DNA of 64,000 nt, taken from positions 278,690,001 to 278,754,000 of the forward strand of contig OZ024741.1 of NCBI GenBank assembly GCA_964016885.1. The letters are read 5' to 3'. Below the pieces are notes generated by a model. That model did not search any database, was not told the origin of the DNA, and saw nothing but the letters and a program-made list of their open reading frames with translations. Positions 26,401 to 39,044 of this stretch are shown here, piece after piece; positions within the stretch are counted from its first letter, which is position 1, and each line of letters starts with the position of its first letter. The position numbers and the translations under genes were made by a program. This DNA is from Eledone cirrhosa. Its lineage: Eukaryota.

Positions 26401-26590
26401 CTGCATAAAAAGGTGCAGAGCACTAGAAGTTGATGGAAACCGCGGAGTGGGGAGACCCAAGATGACTTGGGATGAGGTGATAAAAGCCGACCTTACCCAA
26501 CTACACCTCTCAAAGTCAATGACACACGACCGTGACTTCTGGCGTCACGCAGTAATACAGGGTACCCGACCTCCCATGGGTACATGCTGA
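23471..26590 (+). CDS. RTE ORF, 1039 aa: APE endonuclease, reverse transcriptase, PHD-like finger
   Basis: APE motifs GTINV, VQETRW, AGDFNGH, LDF, SQH. RT motifs YRGIKL, FVDLEKAFD, GVHQGSVLSP, YADD. RTE C-terminal RRLRWYGHVMR. No internal stops. Confidence 0.96.
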   Translation: MNLRATKHPREAPTQRPSPTSVDKCPKLRVGTINVGSMKGRAGEIVEMLERKEVDVCCVQETRWRGGSARVLVGKSQCYKFFWVGNDDGMGGVGILLADKWVDKVISVYRVNARIIKLRLVLNKTITTIISAYAPQSGLPDELKDRFYESLIHTTALTDDKDFLIIAGDFNGHVGKHCDGFNRVHGGHGVGTRNEEGFRLLEFCDANDMSICNTNFKKPDNHLITYRSGEHSSQLDFILIRGRDRWTVVNTKAFPSEECTSQHSLVVSDLTVRTRRALKQRPTWRRKIWKLKVPSTSNRFKDILLNAYDSKEEQIETFNVEENWEFLKNNLLEATDEVCGWSKTSSRRRVTWWWNNKVDEAVKAKRQAWKEWKNGGSRVHYIETKREARRQVYLARREAEDRKFKHVLQREDQKQEVFKIARQCVRDSCDVIGEKCIRNDKGELALTSAEKKDAWKSHYDRLLNEENAWEEETLPHVDPIEGPAVQVSGSVVSKAIRDMKIGKATGPSGIAAEMLKASGSVGHTITTRIVNQVILEGAIPKDWCSSIIVNCYKGKGDALDRGNYRGIKLMDQVMKVTERVIAQLIRDRVNIDEMQFGFVPGKGTTDALFLVRQLQEKYLAKSKPLYLAFVDLEKAFDRVPRAVIWWALRKLGVDEWLVKAVQAMYRGAVSKVRIGNEYSEEFSVQVGVHQGSVLSPLLFIIVLQAITEEFKTGCPWELLYADDLALIAESMVELENKFQTWKQGLERKGLKVNMTKTKVLISRRENRTQIPSGKWPCSVCRKGVGRNSILCPKCKQWVHKRCSGISGSLIKNVGFTCSSCAETASKQPQETSTTNLWEGPVETVDSFCYLGDRISNGGGCSESTITRVRTGWKKFRELLPLLAAKGFSLRMKGRLYDACIRTAMLHGSETWALKVEDLRRLERNEACMLRWMCNSNIRERQSINELRERLSIRGIKCCVQERRLRWYGHVMRMKDDSCIKRCRALEVDGNRGVGRPKMTWDEVIKADLTQLHLSKSMTHDRDFWRHAVIQGTRPPMGTC

Positions 26591-27675
26591 AGCATATAAA
26601 CAATATGCCCCCACACCCCCCCACCGCAAGGTGGTCGTGGAGGTGCCACGGCAAAAAAGCACCCAGCCCACACTGTAAAGTGGACGTGTAGGCGCCACGA
26701 AAAAGCACCCAGCACTCACTGTAAATGAGGTTGGTGTTAGGAAGGGCATCCAGCTGTAGAAATCAAGCCAGATCAGTTCCTGTATGAGCAAGGCATGGTC
26801 AGCCGACCAGACACTGCCCACAACAGGACAACCCGTCTAACCCATGCTAGCGTGGAAGAACGGACGTAAAATGGTGATGATGATGATGATGATATATATA
26901 TATAAAATACGTAGTTAAGAAAGCCACAACAATGCAGAGGGAAATCTCGAGGTAGGAAGTGAATGATATATAGGAGAAACAGGAGAAAGTGAAAATTGAG
27001 AGAGACAAAGATGAAAACAAAACAAAGGTAGAAGGGTTACCGTAGTGGAGATTTAATCCCAATATTTCGGGCTCACGCCCATCAACGGGGGAAAGTTCCA
27101 AAAGGGGGGGAACAGGCCAAGCGGAGAAAGTTGTGCTGTCGTTAAGACAGGAATGCCGTTATGGGGAGAAAATTATTTAAAATTTAAACGAGGGAAAGAA
27201 TGCGCGTGATAGGCTGTGGAAAAAGCTACTGACCAAATGGGTTAAATCAAGAGGGTGCGCTAGCGTGTGAAAGCCGTAAAATATGTGTGTGTAAATATAT
27301 ATGTGTGTGTAACTGTGTGTGTATAAGTGTAAGTGTGTATAAGTGTGAGTGTGTGTGTGTGTGAAAGATAGTGGGCTGTAGAAGCTGGAAATCAAAGGGT
27401 GTGAAAGGTGGTAGGTTGTAAAACATGTGTGCGTGTATAAATATAGATGTGTGTGTGTAAGCGTATGGGTATAAATGTGTGTGTAACTGTGTGAGTGCGT
27501 GTGTGTGTGAAAGATTGGGCTGTAGAAGCTGGAAATCAAAGGGTGTGAAAGGTGGTAGGTTGTAAGAACATGTGTGCGTGTATAAATATAGATGTGTGTG
27601 TGTATGCGTATGGGTATGCATATACGTGCGTGTGTGTGAAGATAGCAGGCCGTGGGCTGTGAATGGTCACTATGG

Positions 27676-29064
27676 TTAAGTTAGCCATGTCAGCTCATTT
27701 CTCTCAGCCCGGTTGTTAAGTGGGGGTCTGAGGTTCTTAATAACAAGTGCTTCCTTTATCCTTAAGACCCGATGCTGCGTTCAGTCGCTAGGACTGTGAC
27801 CAAGGGTCTACCCTGTGGGTTTCCGCATTTAAGGATGTGTTTACGGAAGGAAGATGCGTTGGTGTTGATATGTTCCTTGATACGAACATGTAGGGGTCGG
27901 ATGGTGCTACCTATGTAAAACTTGTTACAATTATCGCATTGAATCTTATATACGACATAGGTGCGTAGGCAATCTGCCCCCCCCCCGTATCGGGCAGTTG
28001 CTGAGGGAACACGTCCCATCTGACTCGTCGGGTTTGTTGGAGAGGCATCTTCGCAGCGAAGGTCCTGTGTGGGCCAAATGTATGTCAAGTCCCTCCGTCC
28101 GTATGGCCTTGCGGATGGCGTTCGTGGTATATTCACTCAGGTGGGGGATTTTAAAGAAGCACCTGCTTTTATTTAAGTTTCTAGTGGGTGTCTGTCTATT
28201 GGGTCTGGGGTCTCTAATACCGTTAATCAGTCGCTTGGGATAACCATTAGATCTGAGTAGATTACGGAATTGCGTGGTATGGGTGAGACCACCCATCGGG
28301 TCGCTGCATCTGTTAGTGATCCGTGTCAGTTCATTTAGGACATAGCCTCTCTTAGCGTTGTTGGGGAGGGCTGAGTTGTAATGCACAAATAAGTCCTTGC
28401 ATGCTGCTTTGCGGTAGAAGGTGGTGTTTATGTCTCCTTCTTCCGAGATGTTGATACGGAAGTCGAGGAGGGCGAGTGACCCGTCTTCTCCTGGGTGTTC
28501 GATGGTGAAATCGACGTGATGGTCAGTGTCGTTGAAGATTTGGTGAATTTCATTCGCCATCTCCCGGGAAGAAGTAAGTATCAGGATATCATCAACGTAT
28601 CTAGAGTAGAAGGCGACGGCGTTGGGTTGGCAGGTATTGAGTGCCTTGCGTTCCAGGTGGTACATGTACGAGATCGCAAGTATGCCGGACAGACTAGAGC
28701 CCATAGGTAGCCCAGAGATTTGTTTGTACGTGTGGCCGAGGAAATTGAAGAGTGCATTATCCACAACGAAGGAGAGGAGTTGGTGGATGTCCGTGTGTGT
28801 GAGTCCGAAGCAGTGTAAGTTAGATGCTCGGACTCGTTCGGTCAACAGGTCGACAGCTGGGGATGCTGGTACGGAGGTATAAAGGGCGACCACATCAAGA
28901 CTGAAGGCATAACCGTTGTCCTTTCCGGTGTTGGGCGCCAGATGGTGTAGTCGCTCCAAGACCTCCTTTGAGCTGCAGACGTGGGCTGGTAGTGTGTGTA
29001 GAATGGGTTTCAGTAGTGTGGAGAGCAGCCACGATATTTTGTAGAGTGGGCCCTCCACGCTAGT
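27676..29064 (-). pseudogene. PLE RT + GIY-YIG endonuclease, 5'-truncated and frameshifted
   Basis: FSLDVVALYTSVP, GLPMGSSLS, RYVDD, FYRK; then VVYKIQCDNCNKFYIGST...RIKEH. Frameshift in the C run near 27980. Confidence 0.9.
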
Positions 29065-30185
29065 ACACACACGGACATCCACCAACTCCTCTCCTTCGTT
29101 GTGGATAATGCACTCTTCAATTTCCTCGGCCACACGTACAAACAAATCTCTGGGCTACCTATGGGCTCTAGTCTGTCCGGCATACTTGCGATCTCGTACA
29201 TGTACCACCTGGAACGCAAGGCACTCAATACCTGCCAACCCAACGCCGTCGCCTTCTACTCCAGATACGTTGATGATATCCTGATACTTACTTCTTCCCG
29301 GGAGATGGCGAATGAAATTCACCAAATCTTCAACGATACTGACCATCACGTCGATTTCACCATCGAACACCCAGGAGAAGACGGGTCACTCGCCCTCCTC
29401 GACTTCCGTATCAACATCTCGGAAGAAGGAGACATAAACACCACCTTCTACCGCAAAGCAGCGTGCAAGAACTTATTTGTGCATTATAACTCAGCCCTCC
29501 CCAACAACGCTAAGAGAGGCTATGTCCTAAATGAACTGACACGGATCACTAACAGATGCAGCGACCCGATGGGTGGTCTCACCCATACCACGCAATTCCG
29601 TAATCTACTCAGATCTAATGGTTATCCCAAGCGACTGATTAACGGTATTAGAGACCCCAGACCCAATAGACAGACACCCACTAGAAACTTAAATAAAAGC
29701 AGGTGCTTCTTTAAAATCCCCCACCTGAGTGAATATACCACGAACGCCATCCGCAGGGCCATACGGACGGAGGGACTTGACATACATTTGGCCCACACAG
29801 GACCTTCGCTGCGAAGATGCCTCTCCAACAAACCCGACGAGTCAGATGGGACGTGTTCCCTCAGCAACTGCCCGATACGGGGTCAGATTGCCTACGCACC
29901 TATGTCGTATATAAGATTCAATGCGATAAATGTAACAAGTTTTACATAGGTAGCACCATCCGACCCCTACATGTTCGTATCAAGGAACATATCAACACCA
30001 ACGCATCTTCCTTCCGTAAACACATCCTTAAATGCGGAAACCCACAGGGTAGACCCTTGGTCACAGTCCTAGCGACTGAACGCAGCATCGGATCCTTAAG
30101 GATAAAGGAAGCACTTGTTATTAAGAACCTCAGACCTCCACTTAACAACCGGGCTGAGAGAAATGAGCTGACATGGCTAACTTAA
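29065..30185 (+). pseudogene. PLE RT + GIY-YIG endonuclease, second arm
   Basis: Same motifs in ORFs 29101-29949 and 29817-30185, with a frameshift near 29880. Confidence 0.9.
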
Positions 30186-30982
30186 CCATAGTGACCATTC
30201 ACAGCCCACGGCCTGCTATCTTCACACACACGCACGTATATGCATACCCATACGCATACACACACACATCTATATTTATACACGCACACATGTTCTTACA
30301 ACCTACCACCTTTCACACCCTTTCATTTCCAGCTTCTACAGCCCACTATCTTTCACACACACACAGTTACACACACATTTATACCCATACGCTTACACAC
30401 ACACATCTATATTTATACACGCACACATGTTCTTACAACCTACCACCTTTCACACCCTTTGATTTCCAGCTTCTACAGCCCACTATCTTTCACACACACA
30501 CACACACTCACACTTATACACACTTATACACACACATATATATTTACACACACATATTTTACGGCTTTCACACGCTAGCGCACCCTCTTGATTTAACCCA
30601 TTTGGTCAGTAGCTTTTTCCACAGCCTATCACGCGCATTCTTTCCCTCGTTTAAATTTTAAATAATTTTCTCCCCATAACGGCATTCCTGTCTTAGCGAC
30701 AGCACAACTTTCTCCGCTTGGCCTGTTCCCCCCCCCCCCCTTTTGGAACTTTCCCCCGTTGATGGGCGTGAGCCCGAAATATTGGGATTAAATCTCCACT
30801 ACGGTAACCCTTCTACCTTTGTTTTGTTTTCATCTTTGTCTCTCTCAATTTTCACTTTCTCCTGTTTCTCCTATATATCATTCACTTCCTACCTCGAGAT
30901 TTCCCTCTGCATTGTTGTGGCTTTCTTAACTACATATTTTACACATTTCACAATGCTTCAAGCAAACTTTAACACCCTCTTA

Positions 30983-31024
<42 letters not shown>

Positions 31025-31161
31025 GTGTATGAAGCTCGAACTTTCGAACTTACGAAGTGCTGTAATAAATTTATAGATGTAAAATGCTAAAGTACAAAAA
31101 ATAACCAATTATTTTTATGGCAACTGATTGTGATAGTTGTTCTCTGCGCTTGGGCATCGTA

Positions 31162-31538
<377 letters not shown>

Positions 31539-31640
31539 TCCACCACCACCCCACTCTCCAGAGCGTGAAATTAATAAACATTCGTTGTACTGCCTCTCTG
31601 TTTTGTTCCTGTTCAAATTTTCCATTATATATATATATAT

Positions 31641-32490
31641 ATATACAATAAAGTATGTCCATAGAATCATTTGATAAGATATATACACCATTTCCTCTCC
31701 CAATTGCATAATCAACCACACAAAAAAAAACAATTAAACCAGGCTGTAAGATTAAAAGGCACCTATGAAGAAATAATAGATAAATAAATAACAGCCATCT
31801 ATTCGCGATCAACAGCTATATAATATTTACCCAGCATTTCAATAGCACGTGGAAATCGATTAAATATATCGTCAACCATACAAAATTAGGTATAAAATTA
31901 AAATTAGAAGAAAAAATGTATATAAACATACCAAGATTACGTTTCTACCCCAAGGGGTTTCATTCGCTTTTGGAAATATCCGATCAAAGATAAATTCACG
32001 AGCATCGAAATCATCAGGAAGCAAACTCACTTGGACGAAGATTTTTCTTAAATGATCCCCGCCAGAAACGAATTCAAAATGGCTAAGAACTGTGACGTGG
32101 CAGTGGTCAAGTCAGAAAGAATGTGATTGGTGCCTTACGGCGAGTGGGCTGGTTGCTAGAAAGCGCAGCCTAATATTGCCTAAATTTCATCTTAACCTTA
32201 TGGGAGATTATCAAATATAAAGATTTACATATACACAAACTAGACAAAGTCATATATATATATATGTTTTTGGCAACCATTCACGATGTGGCTCAATGAC
32301 GAATTAAATAATCAACCATCAGAGCAATATACAATAAAGTATGTCTATAGAATAATTTGATAAGATATATACACGATCTCCTCTCCCAATCAGCATAATC
32401 AACCACACACAAAAAAAACAATTAAACCAGGCTATAAGATTAAAAGGCACCTATGAAGAAATAATAGATAAACAAACGACAGCCATCCAT
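31641..32490 (-). mobile_element. non-coding partial-tandem element (686-bp period) carrying a hammerhead ribozyme
   Basis: About 160-bp direct repeat (acaataaagtatgtc at 31645 and 32331). HHR at 31941-32022. (TA)n on the left. Confidence 0.7.
31941..32022 (-). ncRNA. type I hammerhead ribozyme
   Basis: gcttc CUGAUGA uuucg...cgaau GAAA cccc-uu-gggg UA gaaac: intact core, GUA triplet, stem I 4/5 paired. Confidence 0.75.
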
Positions 32491-32491
32491 C

Positions 32492-34859
32492 CCCGACGGC
32501 AGAGCTCAAGCCGTTTCGGCGGCTATTTTTGGACTAAATTAGAATTTTTAGCGTGGTAAATAAATAGCCGAACTTTTCAAGAGGTAATTCCTTATATGGG
32601 AAGATTGTCGTTGTCAAGAGGATTGGTTAAAATTTCTTGTAAACATAATTAAGTCTATCATGGAAGGGGGTGGGAAGTAGGGTGGCTGAACTTGCCTGTA
32701 GAACAATGAGGGAGTGGATGGAGTTGGTCAAGCGTTGAAAGTGAATTCTATACAGTAAATTCTAAGGATTGTGTATGAAACTAGGCTAGAGGAAGTAGGC
32801 GAAAAAGGATTCTGGAGAAAATAGAGAGGGGGAGTAATAGAATAGGTAAATCAATTGAGATTAGAAGATAATAAATAAATAAGAAAAAAAAAAAAAAAAA
32901 ATTGGATAGTAAGAAGTGATAAAAAAAACTGTAGATCTAAAACATATTTAGTTGGTGTTGCGTTTTCGGCAAATGCTATAGAATAGGTTAATAAGTTGAG
33001 AATAGAAGATTCTAAATAAATAACATTTTTTGAAATTAAAGAATTTAATAAAAAGTAATACAAAATCTCTGGGGTCTAAAACAGCTGCTATAATTAGTTG
33101 GTATTGCGTTTTCGGCCAATGCTATCTTTAATTTACTGGGGTGGAGGTACTGAGGCTACAAAGTCCCGATTGGGTGCCCCGGGGTAGGCGAAAGGGGAAA
33201 AAGGGAAAGGAAGAGGATAGGGAGTGGAAGGAAGTGATAGGAAGAGACAAAGGGAAGAAGAAAATAGAAAGGAAAATAAAAGAGGTATCTACCTATATTA
33301 GCTGGGGTTTCCCCTATCTTGTTCGACAAGGGGGAAAAGGAGGATGTCTAACCACCCGGGTCATTAGGGGGTTTGAGGGCGAGGTAAGTCCTACGCTATC
33401 GGTGTTTGCATGCAGTTACCAGTTCGTCTTTTTTGTTTAGGAGTTGGTCCTTCGTCAACAGCATTTGCAATGTTTCCTCCGAACATAAGTTACACGGACG
33501 GCGTCCACCCGTGTAGGAGTTAGCCCTGGACAGTAAGCTCCAAGTAAGATTGCATGTTATGTTATTATCTTGGAGGTCCCAGATGTGGCCCGAAAGTGTA
33601 GTGGCATGTCGCCGGGCCGGGTTTCGGAACGTATGTCGGTGTTGGTAGAGTCGGGTCTTAAAGTCACAAGCGGTTAATCCTATATAAGCTTTGTTGGAGG
33701 TGTCCAACCTCACGTTGCATTGGTAGATCACGTTATGTTCTCGGCATCTGTTGTTGAGGGGGCACGTAGATCTATCGGGGCAGTTACACTTCCTGATCGG
33801 CTCTCCACTAATAACTGCATGCAAACACCGATTGCGTAGGACTTAACTCGCCCTCAAACCCCCTAATGACCCGGGTGGGTAGACAATGGCTGCAACATTC
33901 TCCTTTTCCCCACTTGCCGAACAAGATAGGGGAAACCCCAGCTAATATAGGTAGATGTACTTCTTTTCTTTTCCTTTCTATTTTCTTCTTCCCTTTGTCT
34001 CTTCCTATCATTTCCTTCCACTCCCCATCCTCTTCCTTTTCCTTTTTCCCCTAACGCCTACCCCGAGGCAGCCCATCGGGCCTTTGTAGCCTCAGTACCC
34101 CCACCCCAGTAAATTAAAGATAGCATTAGCCGAAAACGCAATACCAACTAATTATAGCAGCTGTTTTAGACCCCGGAGATTTTGTATTACTTTTTACTAC
34201 CCAATTCTATAATTTCAATTTTTTAAAATTTATTTAGTATCTTCTATTCTCAACTTATTAACCTGTTCTATAGCATTGGCCGAAAACGCAACACCAACTA
34301 AATATAGCAGCTGTTTTAGACTGTTTTTTTTTATCACTTCTTACTATCCAATTTTATATTTTTATATATTTTTTTCTTATTTATTTATTATCTTCTAATC
34401 TCAATTGATTTACCTATTCTATAACGTCCCTTCTCTATTTTCTCCAGAATCCTTTTTCGCCTACTTCCTCTAGCCTAGTTTCATACACAATCCTTAGAAT
34501 TTGCTGTATAGAATTCACTTTCAACGCTTGACGGGCTCCACCCACTCCCCCATTGTTCTACAGGCAAGTCCAGCCACCCCACCTCTTACCCACTGCCATG
34601 ATAGACTTAATTGTGTTTACAAGAAGTTTTGACAAATCCTCTTGACAATTACAATCTTCCCATATAAGGAATTACACATTAAAAGTTCGGCTATTTATTT
34701 ACCACGCTAAAAATTCTAATTTAGTCCAGAAATAGCCGTCATAACGGCTTGAGCTCTGCCGTCGGGTTCATATATTTTCCTATTACCCACTCTACTACCC
34801 TAAGTATTGAGTACTCTGGTGCGTTATCGTCCATCTGGTTCCTTACCACAACTCCTTCG

Positions 34860-34860
<1 letters not shown>
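32492..34860. mobile_element. PLE-2 (Naiad-type) 3' fragments, head-to-head
   Basis: Minus arm encodes CNCPDRSTCPL...YIGLT...CNLC...CKH (ORF 33396-33824). 33812-34766 is a diverged inverted copy of 32492-33418. Confidence 0.88.
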
Positions 34861-34911
<51 letters not shown>

Positions 34912-35062
34912 GGATACTATTTATGGTTATATATATACTAAAACTTGTTATAGTTATGTATATTTTAAACCCTAAACAGTGAAGGTCAGTAATTTATTAC
35001 TACCTTATTACCAGTAAGATAAATAGCTCAATGTAATAACATCAGTTGTTCTACAGAGCAGT

Positions 35063-35830
35063 TATATAGTATTCATAAGAATCAAAGCTATGTTCAAAGT
35101 ATTTATTCACTTACAATTGTTTCATCTAAACCTTGACTTGGTATCTTCGGAACATTTTTCAATGTTTGTACACATAATTGACCTCCTTTCCAACGCAAGA
35201 GACATACAGATACACATATATATATTGATGTAAAGTGGAGTGACATATATTATACTATATTATTTCTGTATAGCAATTGAATTTCAAAATCAAAATCAAA
35301 ATTAAAATTAAAACAAAATTAAAATACAAAATTAAAATACATTCGGCAGTTAACACAGATAATGTAAGAGGTTAGTTTGTTAGTCAGATGTAGTAGTTAG
35401 TGTATGCGTTAGTTACACGTGGGACATGCAAGTGTGTCTCATTTATATATGATTATTGTGTGGCAGGGTGTTACATGTAATACAAGCGCTTTAACTAACG
35501 CATACACTAACTACTACATCTGACTAACAAACTATCCTCTTACATTATCTGTGTTAACTGCCGAATGTATTTTAATTTTGTTTTAATTTTGTTTTAATTT
35601 TGATTTTGAATTTGAATTGCTATACAGAAATAATATAGTATAATATATGTCACTCCACTGTATATCAATATATATATGTGTATCTGTATGTCTGTTGCGT
35701 TGGAAAGGAGGTCAATTATGTGGACAAACATTGAAAAATGCTCCGAAGATACCAAGCCTAGGTTTCGATGAAACAATTGTAAGGGAATAAATGTTTTGAA
35801 CATAGCTTTGACTCTCGTGAATTCTCTATA
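35063..35830. mobile_element. non-coding palindrome of two HHR-like 3' tails
   Basis: Arms about 35063-35414 and 35492-35830. Each reads outward as CCGAAGA-tacc...ggt..-GAAA-caattg-TA (variant core, palindromic stem III). Confidence 0.7.
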
Positions 35831-35834
35831 TATA

Positions 35835-35955
<121 letters not shown>

Positions 35956-36949
35956 TAAAATAACAGATTAAAGTTTAAGCAAAGAATCGCTGCTTTCACT
36001 TTTAACGGGATCTTCCGAAACTAACAAAGTCAATCTGTGAACGCAGAAGGGAATATTTCAAAGAACGTTGCAACCGGAGGAAGACAGGAAGACGATACTT
36101 TGGTTCGTGGAAACGTTCCCTGCCAAAGAATGGGAAAAAACGAATAAAATAGATCATTATTTGGAGCGGTGAAAAACAATTACACGCAAAGACGTTTATG
36201 GTATAAAACCACGTTTATGGTATAAAAGACGTCATAGACTAATATTCTCTTAGGTGGTTCATAGAGACGTTCTCTGGCAATGAACGGAAAAAACAAAAAT
36301 AATACGTCATATGTGGAGCGTGGAGAATAATTGTACGCAAAGACAAAACCACGTAAATGGTATAACTGAAGTCGTAGACTAACATTCTAACTAGGAAACC
36401 AAATGATTCTCGGCTTCAGAGTTAAGAATAAAGTAAATAAAATACAGAGGTAATTGAAATTAAATAAATACATACACGCATCCATATACGTATATACACA
36501 AGCATACGCGAAAACACTCGTCATAGGTATACAAATACACGCACATATAAATATGTGTGTGTGTGTGTGTGCGTGTATACAAATAATTAAATAAACGTAC
36601 ACACATACCTACATGTAAATACACATATGTTCGGAGGCGTACGTCAAACAAAACACGAAGTACGAAGTACACATATACACACACCCTACATACGTACGAG
36701 CCCGCATACTCACACAGACGCAAAACTCACGTATACACATAACCAAAAGCATATGAACCAGAATATATAAAAATATACGCCATAACATATACAATCAGAT
36801 ATACGTACGAGAAAGTATACGTACCTTCACAAAACATACAGGTAATATAAACTTACCTATGCAAATAAGTAATGGTATAAACATAACATATACTTAGCTA
36901 CCAATTCAAGACGTAAAATATCCGCGTATAGATCGTACTATCCGTTAGG

Positions 36950-39044
36950 GTATAATGTGGGGCTGTAATATGTTTACAAGCCGAAATTGCCTCAGATTTT
37001 TTGTTTAAGATGTGGTCTGTGGCGTAGAGTATTTCGATGCCTCAGCGGCGCAGAGGTCACATGGTCTTTTATTTCCGTTATACGATGTAGCCCTAGCTAG
37101 GATCTCCCAGTGTAACTTATATTGGGTGTGGTTGTCTTTTAGACTCCAGATATAAGCTGAAAGTGACGTCATATTCCTTCTTAGAGGGTAACGAAAAGAA
37201 TGGGTATGCATGTAAAGACGCTGCTTGAATCTATTGGCGGTTAACCCTATGTAGGCCCTACGGGACGTGGGTGTTTCAACCTTACATTTGTAGACAATGT
37301 TACTAGAGAGGCATTTCTCGGATAGGGGGCAATCAACCCGATTCCTACAATTACAGTTAATACGAACTACAGGGTTGCACGTGTTCCTACGGCTAGGTAG
37401 TTTAGCTAAATTTGAAGCTGTGATGTTATGTGCAAGGTTAGGAGTCGTAGAGTAAGACATTTTAATAGTATTTCTATTAAAAATGTTACTATATTTATGT
37501 GTAGGGGGAAAATGCTTCGTAATAAGGGATAGAAAGATCTTAGCTAATGGTGTGGCCACCTCCATATTATATGGTGGGTTATACCATATAATTCGTCGGG
37601 ATCTATTTCTTCTAGGTCTAATCTCATACTCTGTATATGCTACCTTATCGACAAATCCACTCCGAGCAAGAGCTTCATTGAAATATGTGGAATGGTCGTT
37701 GAAAATATGCTCGTTAGTAGATAGACGGGAAAGCCTCAAAGAAACGTTTCTTACCAGGTTCTTGGTTATGCTGACAGGATGGTTAGAATGCTTACTTATG
37801 TAATTAAGCGTATCATTCGGCTTTCTATACGGGTAATACAAGCCATTTCATAAATTGAGGGTAACGTCGAGGTAATTAATGACCGAGAGGTTGGCCTCAA
37901 CCTGTATAGAGAGGTTGAAGCCTTTAAAGAAGGCTGTGAGTTCTTTTCTGAACCTGTCGCAAGGACGTGGGCCGCACTTAGTCATGGTCAAAAGACCATC
38001 ATCACGGTACAAACCACTGCCCACGTTGGGGAATTCGTCCTTGATAGAGAAAAGAAGAAAAAGGCCGATAAGATCAGTAACCTCCGCAGAATCACTGGCG
38101 CCCATACTCACGTCGAATGGGGTACTATTAGATTTTTTAATCCAAATAGAGTCGTCGAAATTAATCACCTGCTTACGGGCATTGAGAATGACATCAACAT
38201 CGAAATCCTTAACCACTGTGAGTGTTTTAGCGAAATTGATAGCTCTAAGGAGAAGTGGTAAAGTGATGGAGGAGTAGTAATTATTGATGTCGAATTAGAT
38301 AAAACGGCAATGTTCCTTGTTGCATATGCCGTTGAACCAATCAATCACCGCGAAAGAATTGTTCCACAGTGCAAGAGGGGCCAAACTTCTAATTTCAGGT
38401 ATAATTCTATCCAAGAATCCTTTTACTAAGGCTACCTAAATCAAACTTCGTAGGGTTAATAAGCCGAATAGAGGGGTTGTTTGGAAAGTTGGATTTGTGA
38501 TCCTTCAGGGTAAAGTGGGGAGAAATAGGGTCCAGAGGTTCGATCCGGTCCAGGATGTTGAGATAAGAGGTGATTTTAAACTCAGCATCGTTGATTTCAT
38601 TAATGACGCACCGATTAGTTTTACGGTAATCCTTAGTTACAGCATTATGTAGTAGTTGATGGTAAGTACTGCGCTCCACTGATATAGGTTGCCAGTTTTG
38701 TCGGATAGGACGTGCACGGCATTAGAATCCTTAATAGAACGAATCCTATTCTTCAGGTCCTGCTGGAAGGAATTGCTCCTATTTCGAAATTTGATACTCC
38801 GTATGAGTTCCAAGACATCATTTTCGAAGGGTAGCAATGCTGGGTTACACGGAGGGTTATTATAGGTTTTAAACCAAAATTTATCCTGTTTGTTGTCTGC
38901 TTTTCGCTGATTATCGAAATAAAAGGCACGCCAACGAAACCTTTTAATGAACGCGTCTGTTTTCTGTATCAGAAGTTTTAGGTATGTTTTCCTGCTTGGT
39001 ACGGATATGTTCTTTGTAGAAATATTCAGATGTTGTTTCTGCAT
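36950..39044 (-). pseudogene. Naiad-type PLE RT-GIY-YIG ORF with several frameshifts
   Basis: STKNI, FIKRFRWRAF, TLKDHK, MGASDSAEV, GLYRDD, WYNPPY, CNCRNRVDCPL, YIGLT, CDLC. Confidence 0.92.

Larger units (their letters stand above)
22791..26893 (+). mobile_element. apparently full-length RTE-clade LINE (5' boundary approximate)
   Basis: Single APE+RT ORF, short 3' UTR and (TGA)n tail at about 26876-26893. Confidence 0.9.
26903..30988. mobile_element. PLE-1: two 5'-truncated Penelope-like copies head-to-head (about 4-kb palindrome)
   Basis: Arms 26903-28800 and 29065-30941 are near-identical inverted repeats. The spacer continues the left copy's RT. TA runs lie at both ends. Confidence 0.93.

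Noticed and set aside
26365-26410. Satellite monomer derived from the RTE segment tatggacatgtgatg
   Set aside because: Only one short gapped match (tatggaca-gtgatg), weaker than the colinear match to the SINE.
23911-26460. Antisense and alternative-frame ORFs overlapping the LINE and PLE ORFs
   Set aside because: Shadow frames of real coding sequence, with no motifs of their own.
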